Positions 8,444-17,613 of a stretch of DNA of 32,000 nucleotides are shown piece by piece. The notes below the pieces were generated by a model, which did no database searches, was not told where the DNA came from, and saw nothing but the letters and a program-made list of their open reading frames with translations. The position numbers and the translations under genes are program-made. The first letter of the stretch is position 1. Each line of letters begins with the position of its first letter. The stretch comes from Methanosphaerula palustris E1-9c (lineage in GTDB: Archaea > Halobacteriota > Methanomicrobia > Methanomicrobiales > Methanospirillaceae), in contig NC_011832.1 of the NCBI RefSeq assembly GCF_000021965.1, positions 1,993,242-2,025,241 of the forward strand, in the 5' to 3' direction.

Positions 8444-9496
8444 TCACCCGAGGAGGACGAGCTGGTCGTGGTCACGGAGAACCCTGACCTGATCCCCGGT
8501 CTCGATCCGCTGCCTCCGCCAGTCCACCAGCGGAACCTCGTGAGTCGTGCAGGTGTCCGGGTCCATCAGTCCGATGACACCACCATCAGCATAGACTACC
8601 AGCGCTTCGATGGCAGTACTGGTGTTGCCGATCTCGCGGTTGATCTCATCCTCCCGGATCGTCCGGACCTTACCGTTCAGCAGGTCAGTGACCTGCACCC
8701 GTTTTCCCTCAGAACTCTGCACCTGGAAGTACTGGCCGGCAACGTCGATCACATCGCCATGTCGATAGCGGGGAAGCCTGACCAGGTACGTGATCCGGTA
8801 TAGAGCCCGGCCGGCCTTCTCTCCGACCAGCTTTGGGTGGGTCGTATACCGACCGCCGAACTGATTTATCAGCGCCTGTACGATCAGGATCCCGATATGC
8901 TGCGATCCGACGATCACATCGACACCGTCACGGGTCTCTTCGAGCTGCGAGATGTAGGAGAGACGGTCGCCGGATTCCAGCTGTTCATCCTCAATAGAGG
9001 TGGCCAGCCGGACCGCGGCCTCCTGTTCGTACGGCGTCAGGTGCCGGCCCTGGGCCCGGATCTGAACGATCCCCTCATAGTAACTGCCGCTGATCCGGTT
9101 GCACCGGTCGCACTGCTCCTTATGCCAGCTGATCCCCACCCTGCACTCGCCCTGGACCGGGTACCCGTACAGCGTGCCGGTGATCCCGATCACCGCCAGA
9201 GAGCGGTTCACCGAGATCTCCCTGACCCGGAGATCGAAACTTCCATCCTGAAAGTCAGGGTGAAGATGAACGGCCTTCATGGCGAGTTCACGATCGACCT
9301 CTTCGCGTTCACGTTCGCTGTCACTCCAGACCTTGCCGTTGCTCTTCACGGCTCCGCAGGATGGGCAGAAGGTATGAATGACCCGCTCGTCGCAGGTGAA
9401 CGGTTCGGTCTCTTTCATCCTGCACCTGCGGCAGAGGCCGTTTTCGGTCGGCTCTCCACAGCGGGGGCAGAACTGTTCTCGTATATCAATTTCCAT
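8444..9496 (-). CDS. NMD3-family protein (archaeal 60S-export NMD3 homolog)
   Basis: The 350-aa ORF has N-terminal CxxC clusters (CPRCGEPTENGLCRRC, CPSCG, CDRCN) followed by NMD3-type beta domains. Confidence 0.8.
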   Translation of the reverse strand: MEIDIREQFCPRCGEPTENGLCRRCRMKETEPFTCDERVIHTFCPSCGAVKSNGKVWSDSEREREEVDRELAMKAVHLHPDFQDGSFDLRVREISVNRSLAVIGITGTLYGYPVQGECRVGISWHKEQCDRCNRISGSYYEGIVQIRAQGRHLTPYEQEAAVRLATSIEDEQLESGDRLSYISQLEETRDGVDVIVGSQHIGILIVQALINQFGGRYTTHPKLVGEKAGRALYRITYLVRLPRYRHGDVIDVAGQYFQVQSSEGKRVQVTDLLNGKVRTIREDEINREIGNTSTAIEALVVYADGGVIGLMDPDTCTTHEVPLVDWRRQRIETGDQVRVLRDHDQLVLLG

Positions 9497-9497
9497 G

Positions 9498-9800
9498 TTA
9501 GACTCTACAGATCAGGGCATGCGGTACGCTGCCGATTTCTATACAGGCAGACCGTTCCAGCAGTCCCATCTCGATTGCAAGGGCAACCGCTCGCTCACCC
9601 ATCAGATTGATGTTGCATGCACCATCCAGTGCCGCCCGCACCTCTTCCTCATCGACGAGCCGGTTCCCATAGAACGATTCGTGGATCCACACCTTTCGTC
9701 CCTCATCGGTCAACACCTGATTGTGCAGTTCACGATCACAGACCGCCACTACATCTCCACCACCAGGATTCCGATGGATCTTCAAATACATTGTACTCAC
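9498..9800 (-). CDS. DUF424 family protein
   Basis: The 100-aa ORF reads MYLKIHR...VVAVCDRELHNQVL...ESFYG...VDEEEV..., which fits the archaeal COG2412/DUF424 pattern. It ends 1 nt before the NMD3 start. Confidence 0.7.
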   Translation of the reverse strand: MSTMYLKIHRNPGGGDVVAVCDRELHNQVLTDEGRKVWIHESFYGNRLVDEEEVRAALDGACNINLMGERAVALAIEMGLLERSACIEIGSVPHALICRV

Positions 9801-9870
9801 GTATCTTCAGGGAGAGGTTAAAAAGATGAGCGTGGAGACCCGTGACTGATCCCAGGACAGAGGTCCCGGG

Positions 9871-10701
9871 TCAGAGGACGATCTCGACGCCGTAGACTCG
9901 TGACGGGGTTTCGGTGTGGATCCGAAAGACATCCTCAGGGGTGATCTGACCGTCTGTTAACAGCCGAGTGGTGTACCGGGGGACCGATCGAGGACCGATC
10001 ACCGCCCCGGGGCGGGTCGGATCGTCCATGTAGTCGCTCTCCATCGTAAAGGCCCTCTTCTCCCTGCAGAGTGCAGGGATGGCCTCGTGTCGGGCGATGA
10101 ACGAGGGGGCCAGCAGGGTCTCAGGGGTAGCGAAGTGCTTGACGACCCGACCGGGGTCCATGCCGGCCTTCTCCGCCATACCGATCACATCGGTACAGGG
10201 ACCGGTCTCTGCATGGATCTGGACCGCACACCCACACACCCTTCCAAGCTCCAGGGCATGGAAGAGAACTTCGTTTGAGAGATCCCAGCACCCGGGACTG
10301 ACCGGGTAATGGGGCCGCCCGCTCTTGAGGGCCACGGCCTGTCCGTCGGCTACATACCGGGCAGCCAGACTGAGCCCCTCCTGCATGATTGCGGCCATCT
10401 CCCCCTCGGTCCGGGCCTCGGAGAAGTAGGTGATCTCGGCCGGGTGAATCCCCAGTATCGGGAAGACCACCAGCCCGAGTTCCCGGATCGCAGCGGCGGT
10501 CTTCAGCGTCGCTTCGAAGACAGGACGATAATCCTCGCCCTTCCCCGGCACAATCCCGTACGACCAGGAGGGGAGGGAGACCAGAAAGATGTGAGTCCCA
10601 CCGCTCTTCTGGAAGTCCTTCGCGGCCTCCAGTCCACGCCCGGTGCCGGGATGGATATGGATATGGTCGTCAGTGATCGGATAGGGGCTCTTCTTCATCA
10701 C
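9871..10701 (-). CDS. TatD-related metal-dependent hydrolase (TIM barrel)
   Basis: The 276-aa ORF has an N-terminal metal motif ITDDHIHIHP, later GIHP and AVQIHAE. This is COG1099-like. Confidence 0.75.
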   Translation of the reverse strand: MMKKSPYPITDDHIHIHPGTGRGLEAAKDFQKSGGTHIFLVSLPSWSYGIVPGKGEDYRPVFEATLKTAAAIRELGLVVFPILGIHPAEITYFSEARTEGEMAAIMQEGLSLAARYVADGQAVALKSGRPHYPVSPGCWDLSNEVLFHALELGRVCGCAVQIHAETGPCTDVIGMAEKAGMDPGRVVKHFATPETLLAPSFIARHEAIPALCREKRAFTMESDYMDDPTRPGAVIGPRSVPRYTTRLLTDGQITPEDVFRIHTETPSRVYGVEIVL

Positions 10702-11023
10702 AGCTCACGATCCTCATCAACGGATACCCGTTCTCCGGTCTCAAGGCCGCAACACAGGTGGTGGCGCCGACCTTCGTCCTGATCGTCACATCGAACATCA
10801 GGCCGGAGAGTTCGGCGTACCCGAACGCATTCGCATTCATCAGCGATCGGTCGAGGGTGACATCGATCTCTTCCACAAAGGGCTGGAGTCCGACGCTCTG
10901 CTCGATCACCGCTTCGACGCCTGAAGCGGTCTGCACTGATATCGGGGTACCGACCCACTGGTGATAGAGCGCCCCGAGTTTGATCCCTGCCTCAAAGGCA
11001 GCCTGTTCACGATCAGTACTCAT
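10670..11023 (-). CDS. mptD: Archaeal-type dihydroneopterin aldolase (MptD family, methanopterin pathway)
   Basis: The 117-aa ORF has AAFEAGIKLGALYHQWVGTPIS, typical of the DHNA (PF04038-like) family. Its 3' end overlaps the TatD-like start by 32 nt. Confidence 0.65.
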   Translation of the reverse strand: MSTDREQAAFEAGIKLGALYHQWVGTPISVQTASGVEAVIEQSVGLQPFVEEIDVTLDRSLMNANAFGYAELSGLMFDVTIRTKVGATTCVAALRPENGYPLMRIVSCDEEEPLSDH

Positions 11024-11058
11024 ACCTGTACTGGGGAGTGATCCGCATTAAAGGGTGA

Positions 11059-13074
11059 TCAGATCCCCCATGGGGACCATCTGACAAAGGTCGGTGCTGA
11101 GGGTACAGAGAGATCGGACGCCGTCGACACAGGGGTTGTCCCGGGGGTGCCGGCTGTGGATGTCCCGAACGAGGTCATCCCCGTTTGCCCGAACGGGCTG
11201 CTCCTTCTGAATGGATCTGTCGATAAAGCGGATTGGGTGACAGACGGCTCAATGGTCGCCATGGGGGTCGGCGTTACCGATGCAGGAACCTGCCCGACCA
11301 GCACGGCCCCCCCTCCGGCTGCGATATACATCTGCACAGCATCGGCAAGGCCATACCCATAGACAGAATCTCTGCCAGACGAACCGAGGTCGACGGCCGA
11401 GGAGAGGAGGGCTGTTCTGATCTCACTGGCACTCCGGTTCGGGAGCACGCCCCAGACCTGTGCGATGATGCCCGCAACATGAGGAGCCGAGGCGCTGGTT
11501 CCTACAAAGATCGTATCGAACCCCCCAGCCCCAGAGACGGCCACCCGATCGGGGGCACAGATGTCCGGTTTAATGATCGTAAGAGGTGACGGATAGATCA
11601 GGTTCACCGGCCCGCGGGAGGAGAACGGTTCGATACTGATACTCCGAACACCATCGGCCCTGACCGCACCGACCGTCACCACATCAGGAATCGCCTGGTG
11701 ACCATAGACCGAGCCTGCAGGGTTGACATTGTTGGAGTACATCGTGGCATCATCATCCGGGTAGATGAAGAGATCGAGGGTCCTGACCTGAGCCTCCCCC
11801 CGATAGTTACGGATCACGAACTCCCCTTCGATCGTCGAATAACCGTCGTTCTGGTACTCGATCGTCTCGATAGGATCGTCATTGCCATCCTGCCGGGAGG
11901 TACTCTGATCGAGGATCATGCCGGTCCGGGCGTCGACAAAATAGAGATCGTAATCGTTGCCAGAACTGCCGAATTTGTCATCCCATTGCAGCACCGCCGA
12001 CACGCTACTCCCCGATGGAAGGTCGACATACATGTTCTTGTGAATAGAGGTGCCGCTGCTGAAGTCATGAAAGTTGTCGCCATCATTGTAATACGTACCC
12101 AGATAGTGCTGGTCGGCATAGTTCGACGCGGCTGATACATAGATGATCTGCTTTTCAGCGATCACCGAGGAGATGTGGGTAGCGACGATCCCCTGCTCGA
12201 AGAACGGCTCCTTTGGCCAGCAGATGTCATCACAGATCACCGTGCACCCCTCAGCGACCAGTTCATCGACCGCATGGTTGAAGGCGACCACATTGGATCC
12301 ATGTTCGTGAAAGTACAGGGTCGCCTGGGGTGCCTCGTCATGGATGATCTCCAGCATGGCAGTCCCCTCATTTCCACCATCGGCGTTGGAGATGACATGG
12401 AGATCGGCGGGCAGGTCTCCGGTGGCCTGGGCCTCTGCAAGCCCTTTGACTCCGTCAGAGATCACGCCGATCTTCACTCCGGCCCCAGAAGCACCGTACT
12501 GCGTCCGAAGCTGGTCCGCCTTGAGAAGCGTATCGCCTGCAGTGACCGTTCTGCCGGCATTCACCAGGGGTGCACTGACCCTGCTGATCCCCTTCACCCG
12601 GGGATCTGCAGCCAGCGACGTCAACTCAGGTCCAGTGACCCGGGCCACTACCAGATGATCCTCCTCATCCCGATCAGTCACTTCGTCAACCATGGAATCG
12701 ATGGATGAGGTGGGTGTTCCAGACAGAAGGGTGATATAAACCTGGATCGACCAGGAAGTATTCTTCTCCTCTCCGGACTCTCCCTGACGCTGCATCTGTG
12801 CAGAGTCCAGCAGATCGGTGGCGATCTTCTGGACTCCCCCGCTCTGACCGACTGAAGAAGACTGGTTTTCCACCGTTTCGATCGCTCGCTCCACCTCTGC
12901 CGAAGAGACCAGATCGTCACTGGTCTGCAGGACCGGTCCGGATCTTTCAGATGATACTGAGAGAGCCACCGCTGTGGCGGGGGGCACCGTTACTGCGACC
13001 AGCATCAGGATGCAGAGCAGGGAGGCAACCCTGGAGAACCGGTCCAATCGGGAGGGAGGGGAAAAGGGATACAT
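11059..13074 (-). CDS. Secreted subtilisin-like serine protease (peptidase S8)
   Basis: The 671-aa ORF has an N-terminal signal/TM (VASLLCILMLVAVTVPPATA), an Asp region GVKIGVISDGV, a His region EGTAMLEIIHDEAP and a Ser motif GTSASAPHVAGIIA. The C-terminal tail is S/T/P-rich. Confidence 0.85.
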   Translation of the reverse strand: MYPFSPPSRLDRFSRVASLLCILMLVAVTVPPATAVALSVSSERSGPVLQTSDDLVSSAEVERAIETVENQSSSVGQSGGVQKIATDLLDSAQMQRQGESGEEKNTSWSIQVYITLLSGTPTSSIDSMVDEVTDRDEEDHLVVARVTGPELTSLAADPRVKGISRVSAPLVNAGRTVTAGDTLLKADQLRTQYGASGAGVKIGVISDGVKGLAEAQATGDLPADLHVISNADGGNEGTAMLEIIHDEAPQATLYFHEHGSNVVAFNHAVDELVAEGCTVICDDICWPKEPFFEQGIVATHISSVIAEKQIIYVSAASNYADQHYLGTYYNDGDNFHDFSSGTSIHKNMYVDLPSGSSVSAVLQWDDKFGSSGNDYDLYFVDARTGMILDQSTSRQDGNDDPIETIEYQNDGYSTIEGEFVIRNYRGEAQVRTLDLFIYPDDDATMYSNNVNPAGSVYGHQAIPDVVTVGAVRADGVRSISIEPFSSRGPVNLIYPSPLTIIKPDICAPDRVAVSGAGGFDTIFVGTSASAPHVAGIIAQVWGVLPNRSASEIRTALLSSAVDLGSSGRDSVYGYGLADAVQMYIAAGGGAVLVGQVPASVTPTPMATIEPSVTQSALSTDPFRRSSPFGQTGMTSFGTSTAGTPGTTPVSTASDLSVPSAPTFVRWSPWGI

Positions 13075-13131
13075 GGAGAACCTCGGCAGATCGTATATGT
13101 ACTACTGCCTGCACCTGTACCCTGATTATAG

Positions 13132-14514
13132 TTACGCTCCCGGATCATCCCGCCGGTAGAACAGACCGACGATCAGGAGACCGATCACCAGCAGGGGGAC
13201 CTCTGCTGGTCCTGATTTCTGAGTGGTGGTCGGGATCTGAGATGACGAGGCAGAACCGGTGCCGGTCGCCGCAGGCTGAGCAGTGCCTACCTTGGTTAGA
13301 GTCGCTTCGACCACCGCAGCCTGTCCGTCCGTCACCGTCACCGACCTCGACTGATCCTGGTATCCAGTCTTGGAGAGGACGACCTGATGGGTTCCCACCG
13401 GTATATCCCGGACTGTCTGGGGGGCGACACCGCGGAAGACGCCGTCGACCGTGATATTCGCATCCATCGGCGTGGTCGAGACCCGAATCATACCGGTTGC
13501 GGCCTGGGTGGAAGCGGTCTGCTGACCCGTGGTTCGGGTGCTGGCTGTCACACCGGTCGTGACCATCTGCTGGACGAGCCTGGCCATATAGGGAAGCTCC
13601 TCCCCGGCCCGGATCTGCACCGGTACGACCACGTCACTGTACCCGTCCGCACTGACGGTCAGCTGGTGAGTACCGGCGCTGAGGCCGGGGTACACCATCG
13701 GAGTGAGACCCAGGTAGACCCCGTCCACCTTCACCGATGCCCTGGATGGGACCGATGTCACATTCAGCGAACCCCGCTGCTGGAGAGGGTCCAGGGTCGC
13801 ATTGATGGAAAGGGTCCGGCCGGCCGTGATCGTGATATCGGTCTGGTACTGCTGGTATCCGTCAGCCTTCAATAAAACCTGGTGGCTCCCGGGACGGAGG
13901 GCCTCGATCAGATGATCAGCCCCGCCGTAGTCGACACCATCGATCACCACATCTGCATTCGGGGGAACCGCCCCGATCAACAGCGAGCCGGTGGTCGGAG
14001 TCTGGTTCAACTGCAGATCGATACTGAAGGATCCCCCTTCCGGAACCAGGGCAGTGGCGATGGCCGGGTCGTACCCGGTAGCAGTCACAGTCAATTGGTG
14101 GGTGCCTGACCCGGCATCGGAGAGGGTCAGGGGCGTGATCCCCCGGTACGTGCCGTCCACATAGACCGAGGCGGGCTCGGGATGGGAGGTGACGATCAGC
14201 ACACCGTTCTTCTGCACGGGGACCAGCGTCGCCGTGATCACAGAGTTCTGTCCTGCCGACACGTACTGGCTGACAGACCAGTCATGATACTCCGACAGGG
14301 TCAGGTTCACCAGGTGCTGCCCAGAGGGTACGTTAGAGACATTGACCGGCGTCGACCCCTGGGGCGCCCCGTCGACCAGCACCTGGGCACCAGGGGGCTG
14401 TGAAGTGATCGTCAGCGAACCGGTCTGATCTGCCGATGCCAGGGGGACAAACAGCAGAGAGAGCAATGCAGCGTAAAAAATGATCGACCAGCATCCAGCT
14501 CTCGGGTATATCAT
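13132..14514 (-). CDS. Exported PEGA-domain protein (5 PEGA repeats) with a C-terminal TM anchor
   Basis: Five repeats of about 65 aa each carry the V.VDG...G.TP...L..G.H.L core. The C-terminus is PAEVPLLVIGLLIVGLFYRRDD. The ORF is open to 14568. ATG 14514 (MIYPRAGCWSIIFYAALLSLLFVPLASA) gives a proper signal peptide, and the TATA-like box at 14574-14584 is too close to 14568. Confidence 0.8.
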   Translation of the reverse strand: MIYPRAGCWSIIFYAALLSLLFVPLASADQTGSLTITSQPPGAQVLVDGAPQGSTPVNVSNVPSGQHLVNLTLSEYHDWSVSQYVSAGQNSVITATLVPVQKNGVLIVTSHPEPASVYVDGTYRGITPLTLSDAGSGTHQLTVTATGYDPAIATALVPEGGSFSIDLQLNQTPTTGSLLIGAVPPNADVVIDGVDYGGADHLIEALRPGSHQVLLKADGYQQYQTDITITAGRTLSINATLDPLQQRGSLNVTSVPSRASVKVDGVYLGLTPMVYPGLSAGTHQLTVSADGYSDVVVPVQIRAGEELPYMARLVQQMVTTGVTASTRTTGQQTASTQAATGMIRVSTTPMDANITVDGVFRGVAPQTVRDIPVGTHQVVLSKTGYQDQSRSVTVTDGQAAVVEATLTKVGTAQPAATGTGSASSSQIPTTTQKSGPAEVPLLVIGLLIVGLFYRRDDPGA

Positions 14515-14573
14515 CAGAAGAGGATAGGCAGGAGGAAAGGAAATAGGTTGGCCTGGAGGTCCGACCATTAACA

Positions 14574-14584
14574 GATATAAATAC
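14574..14584. promoter_or_regulatory. TATA-box candidate (gatataaatac) in the divergent intergenic region
   Basis: This AT-rich box lies about 35-44 nt upstream of ATG 14618 (+). Its reverse complement gtatttatatc faces the PEGA gene. Confidence 0.4.
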
Positions 14585-14617
14585 TAGAGGACTGGATCGT
14601 TTGACAGAGGCGATGCG

Positions 14618-15979
14618 ATGATACTTAAAAAGTTCAGGGCCGAGGGGCTCTCCCATAACTCCTATCTGATCGGGTCCGGGCAGCAGGCAGCCGTGATCGA
14701 CCCGCGACGGGACTGCGAGGCCTACATTACTGCTGCAGAGGCGCATGACCTGAAGATCACCGATATCTTCGAGACGCACAGGAACGAGGATTATCTGGTC
14801 GGGTCAGTCGAACTGGCCAATCAGATCGGGGCGACGATCCACCATGGGGAGGATCTGGACTTCCAGTATGGCATGCCGGTGAAGGATGGAGAGGTCTTCT
14901 CAATCGGCTCCCTCTCCCTGACCGTCCAGAAAACCCCCGGCCACACCCCGGAGAGCATCTCGATCGTCGTCACTGATCGGGCGGTCAGTGACCAGGCGTA
15001 CCTGGTCTTCACCGGCGACCTGCTCTTCGCCGGATCGGTCGGCAGGATCGACCTGACGGGAGACCCGGCCGGTGCCGCGGCACTCATGTACCAGAGCCTG
15101 CATGAACGGCTGCTCCCCCTCGGTGATGGGTTAATAGTATGTCCGGCGCATGGGGCGGGATCGGTCTGCGGAGGGCATATCAGTGACCATCCGTTTACCA
15201 CCATCGGGTATGAAAAGAATACCAACCCGTTCCTTGGGCTGGAGAGAGAACAGTTCATCGCCAGGAGAGTGCAGGAGAAGACCTATGTGCCCCCATACTT
15301 CTCGATGATGGAGCGACTGAACCGTTACGGCCCCCCGCTCCTCCCTGCCGGCCAATCGCCTGCCCCGCTGACGCCGGCCGAGGTGAAGACCTGTCAGGAC
15401 CTGGGTGCCCAGATCCTGGACATCAGGTCACCGACCGGGTTTGCAGCCGGGCACATCCATGGCTCCCTGAACATCTGGCGGGAGGGGATCGCCGCGTACG
15501 CCGGCTGGATGCTGAACTATATCAACCCGATCATTCTGGTCGACGACTTCAATCTGGACCGGAACTCTGTCGTGCGCACACTTCAGAGGCTCGGGTATGA
15601 CCGGGTAACATGGTACCTGGCCGGCGGTTTCACCACATGGTCGACCAGCGGAAACCCGATAGCACAGATAAAGACCTGGGGGCCAGAGGATCTGGCCGAC
15701 CATCTCGACGATCCCGATCTCCTGATCCTCGATGTCAGGGATATCAACAACCGTATCGAGGTCGGGTGGATTGAAGGGTCACGGCACCGGTATATCGGCG
15801 AGCTCCCCATGCACCTGGACGATCTTCCACTGGACCGGTTGATCGTGATCCACTGCGATGTCGGGTACAAGGGAAGCCTGGGTGCCAGTATTCTGGCAGC
15901 TCACGGGTACCCCCGGGTGGTGAACCTGCTGGGGGGTATAGGAGGCTGGATCAATGCCGGTTATCCGGTGAAACGGTGA
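14618..15979 (+). CDS. MBL-fold metallo-hydrolase fused to two rhodanese domains
   Basis: The 453-aa ORF has an N-terminal MBL fold (ETHRNEDY, TPGHTPES, CPAHG). It is followed by one rhodanese domain without Cys and one with the active-site loop IHCDVGYKGS. Confidence 0.8.
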   Translation: MILKKFRAEGLSHNSYLIGSGQQAAVIDPRRDCEAYITAAEAHDLKITDIFETHRNEDYLVGSVELANQIGATIHHGEDLDFQYGMPVKDGEVFSIGSLSLTVQKTPGHTPESISIVVTDRAVSDQAYLVFTGDLLFAGSVGRIDLTGDPAGAAALMYQSLHERLLPLGDGLIVCPAHGAGSVCGGHISDHPFTTIGYEKNTNPFLGLEREQFIARRVQEKTYVPPYFSMMERLNRYGPPLLPAGQSPAPLTPAEVKTCQDLGAQILDIRSPTGFAAGHIHGSLNIWREGIAAYAGWMLNYINPIILVDDFNLDRNSVVRTLQRLGYDRVTWYLAGGFTTWSTSGNPIAQIKTWGPEDLADHLDDPDLLILDVRDINNRIEVGWIEGSRHRYIGELPMHLDDLPLDRLIVIHCDVGYKGSLGASILAAHGYPRVVNLLGGIGGWINAGYPVKR

Positions 15980-16095
15980 TAGACCCAAAAACCTGATCCG
16001 CACCCGCGATCTCCACCTCTTCGAAGGGCGCTGCCCGTTCGTTACTCCCGTAGGTTTCGGCAGCCTTATCTTTCGTTCCGACCCATTACCCTGCC

Positions 16096-16557
16096 ATGAA
16101 GAGAACGATCATTCTCCTGGCTCTGCTGGTTACCGGTATGCTATTGACTGCAGGGTGTACCGGGACTGGTACCGCGAACAACAGCACATCGACCTCGTCT
16201 TCAGCGACGCTGAAAAATACGACGGTGGTGCCAGGGAACAGTTCCATGCCGGTGATAACCGGGAATACCACGGCGATCACCCTGCCGGCAGGGAAGACCA
16301 CCACGATCGAACTGCCAGAGAACCCGACGACCGGCTATGCCTGGAACGTCACCCTGTCATCAGGACTGCTGATCGAGAACAACACCTACATCCAGGATAA
16401 CGGGACCGCAAACAAGGTCGGTGCAGGTGGAACCCACCAGTGGGTGGTCAGAGGGGTATCAACTGGCAAACAGACCTTCTCGGCAATATACAAACGCCCC
16501 TGGGAGGCGCTTACCGGGAATGAGACACAGTTCACCGAATCCATCACCGTGACCTGA
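16096..16557 (+). CDS. Chagasin-family (I42) peptidase-inhibitor lipoprotein
   Basis: The 153-aa ORF has a signal peptide with a lipobox-like LLTAGC, an S/T/N-rich linker and the family signature ENPTTGYAW. Confidence 0.85.
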   Translation: MKRTIILLALLVTGMLLTAGCTGTGTANNSTSTSSSATLKNTTVVPGNSSMPVITGNTTAITLPAGKTTTIELPENPTTGYAWNVTLSSGLLIENNTYIQDNGTANKVGAGGTHQWVVRGVSTGKQTFSAIYKRPWEALTGNETQFTESITVT

Positions 16558-16577
16558 ACAGATCGGTGACAGAACTC

Positions 16578-16585
16578 TTTTTTTT
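16578..16585 (+). terminator. Oligo-T (T8) terminator after the chagasin-like gene
   Basis: The run ctcTTTTTTTTga lies 21 nt after the stop at 16557. Confidence 0.55.
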
Positions 16586-16608
16586 GATCCATCCCATTTT
16601 CCGCACGA

Positions 16609-17028
16609 TCATTCCCGATTGACCTGCACCCGAAAGATGAACCGATTCAAAGCGCTGCTGGTCCTCACCCTGCTCCGCCGGACCTCTTCGAGGAGCTCGA
16701 TCTGACAGGTCTCCTCAAGCCGATGTCCCCTGATGACACCACAGACGATGGCCATGTTCTCGGTAAGGCCCAGTTTCGTATGCACCTCTCCACAGGTGAC
16801 CGCAAAGATGGTGTACCCGGCCGCCCGTGCCGGCGCAACGTACTTGGTGCAGAGGAACTGCCGGATCGCAGTCGCGACCGGCCCCTGCAACTCGTCCGGA
16901 AGGACCTGGTCAGAACACCCGCCGGCCATCGGAAAAGTGGGGATAGGGACTTCGCAGACCGGCTCGCGCTCATTCAGCCGGGCCAGGGCCACAGGAATCG
17001 CCTCCATCCGTTCCAGGAGGGCATCCAT
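16609..17028 (-). CDS. Hypothetical protein (probably the C-terminal part of the interrupted NERD gene upstream)
   Basis: The 139-aa ORF has no motif I recognise. It is in the same reading frame as ORF 17047-17484, separated only by TGA (17049-17047) plus 6 sense codons. Confidence 0.5.
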   Translation of the reverse strand: MDALLERMEAIPVALARLNEREPVCEVPIPTFPMAGGCSDQVLPDELQGPVATAIRQFLCTKYVAPARAAGYTIFAVTCGEVHTKLGLTENMAIVCGVIRGHRLEETCQIELLEEVRRSRVRTSSALNRFIFRVQVNRE

Positions 17029-17046
17029 CGCTACAGAAACTGGTCT

Positions 17047-17484
17047 TCATAGAGTCCGGCGGGTATGGGCCGACGAAGGAGGGGTTGGTTGGAAGTGGAA
17101 CACACCCCCCTCTTGCGGTGGCCGGAGTGCCTCGGCGATCGCCACCAGATCCCCGAACCGAAGCGTATATCCGGAATTGACCAGACGGATCTGATCGACC
17201 AGCGTCTCCCTGATCACGACACGAAACCACGTCACCACGGCCCGGTCGATCTGTCCATCCGGATAGGTGCTCCCCCTCAGGAAGTAACTCCAGGCATCAA
17301 TCTTCCGGAGATCCTCCTCCTCGCCCCTGACCTCCCCCAGATAGGCCTTCAGGTCCAGTACGATCATGCCGTGGCTGTAGAGGAGCAGGCAGTCGATCTC
17401 ACTGTTTAAGAGGAGAACGTTATGAAGGAGAAAGACCTGACCCTCGAGATCAGAGCCCTGCACCGGGCCGATCATCTCATTCAA
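17047..17484 (-). CDS. NERD (nuclease-related, PD-(D/E)xK-like) domain protein, likely disrupted
   Basis: VFLLHNVLLLNSEIDCLLLYSHGMIVLDLKAYLGEVRG matches the NERD core (h.h.....EID.hhh...Ghhh.-.K...G). The called start is TTG, and homology (GTGRHEYDQL) continues upstream of it without a start codon. Confidence 0.55.
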   Translation of the reverse strand: MNEMIGPVQGSDLEGQVFLLHNVLLLNSEIDCLLLYSHGMIVLDLKAYLGEVRGEEEDLRKIDAWSYFLRGSTYPDGQIDRAVVTWFRVVIRETLVDQIRLVNSGYTLRFGDLVAIAEALRPPQEGGVFHFQPTPPSSAHTRRTL

Positions 17485-17613
17485 TTGGTCGTACTCGTGC
17501 CTGCCGGTACCGGGGATGCTCGCCGTAGTAAACCTGTATCTTCATCAGACCATCATCTTGGGTGATTTAGGGGCACAGCGATATCAACATTGTTATTTTT
17601 TGCAAGAGGTCGG

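Noticed and set aside
8837-9610. 257-aa plus-strand ORF opposite NMD3
   Set aside because: It is antisense to the NMD3 gene with its CxxC clusters, and it has no motif support.
12798-13454. 218-aa plus-strand ORF spanning the S8/PEGA junction
   Set aside because: It is Arg/Pro-rich and crosses an intergenic region antisense to two well-supported secreted-protein genes.
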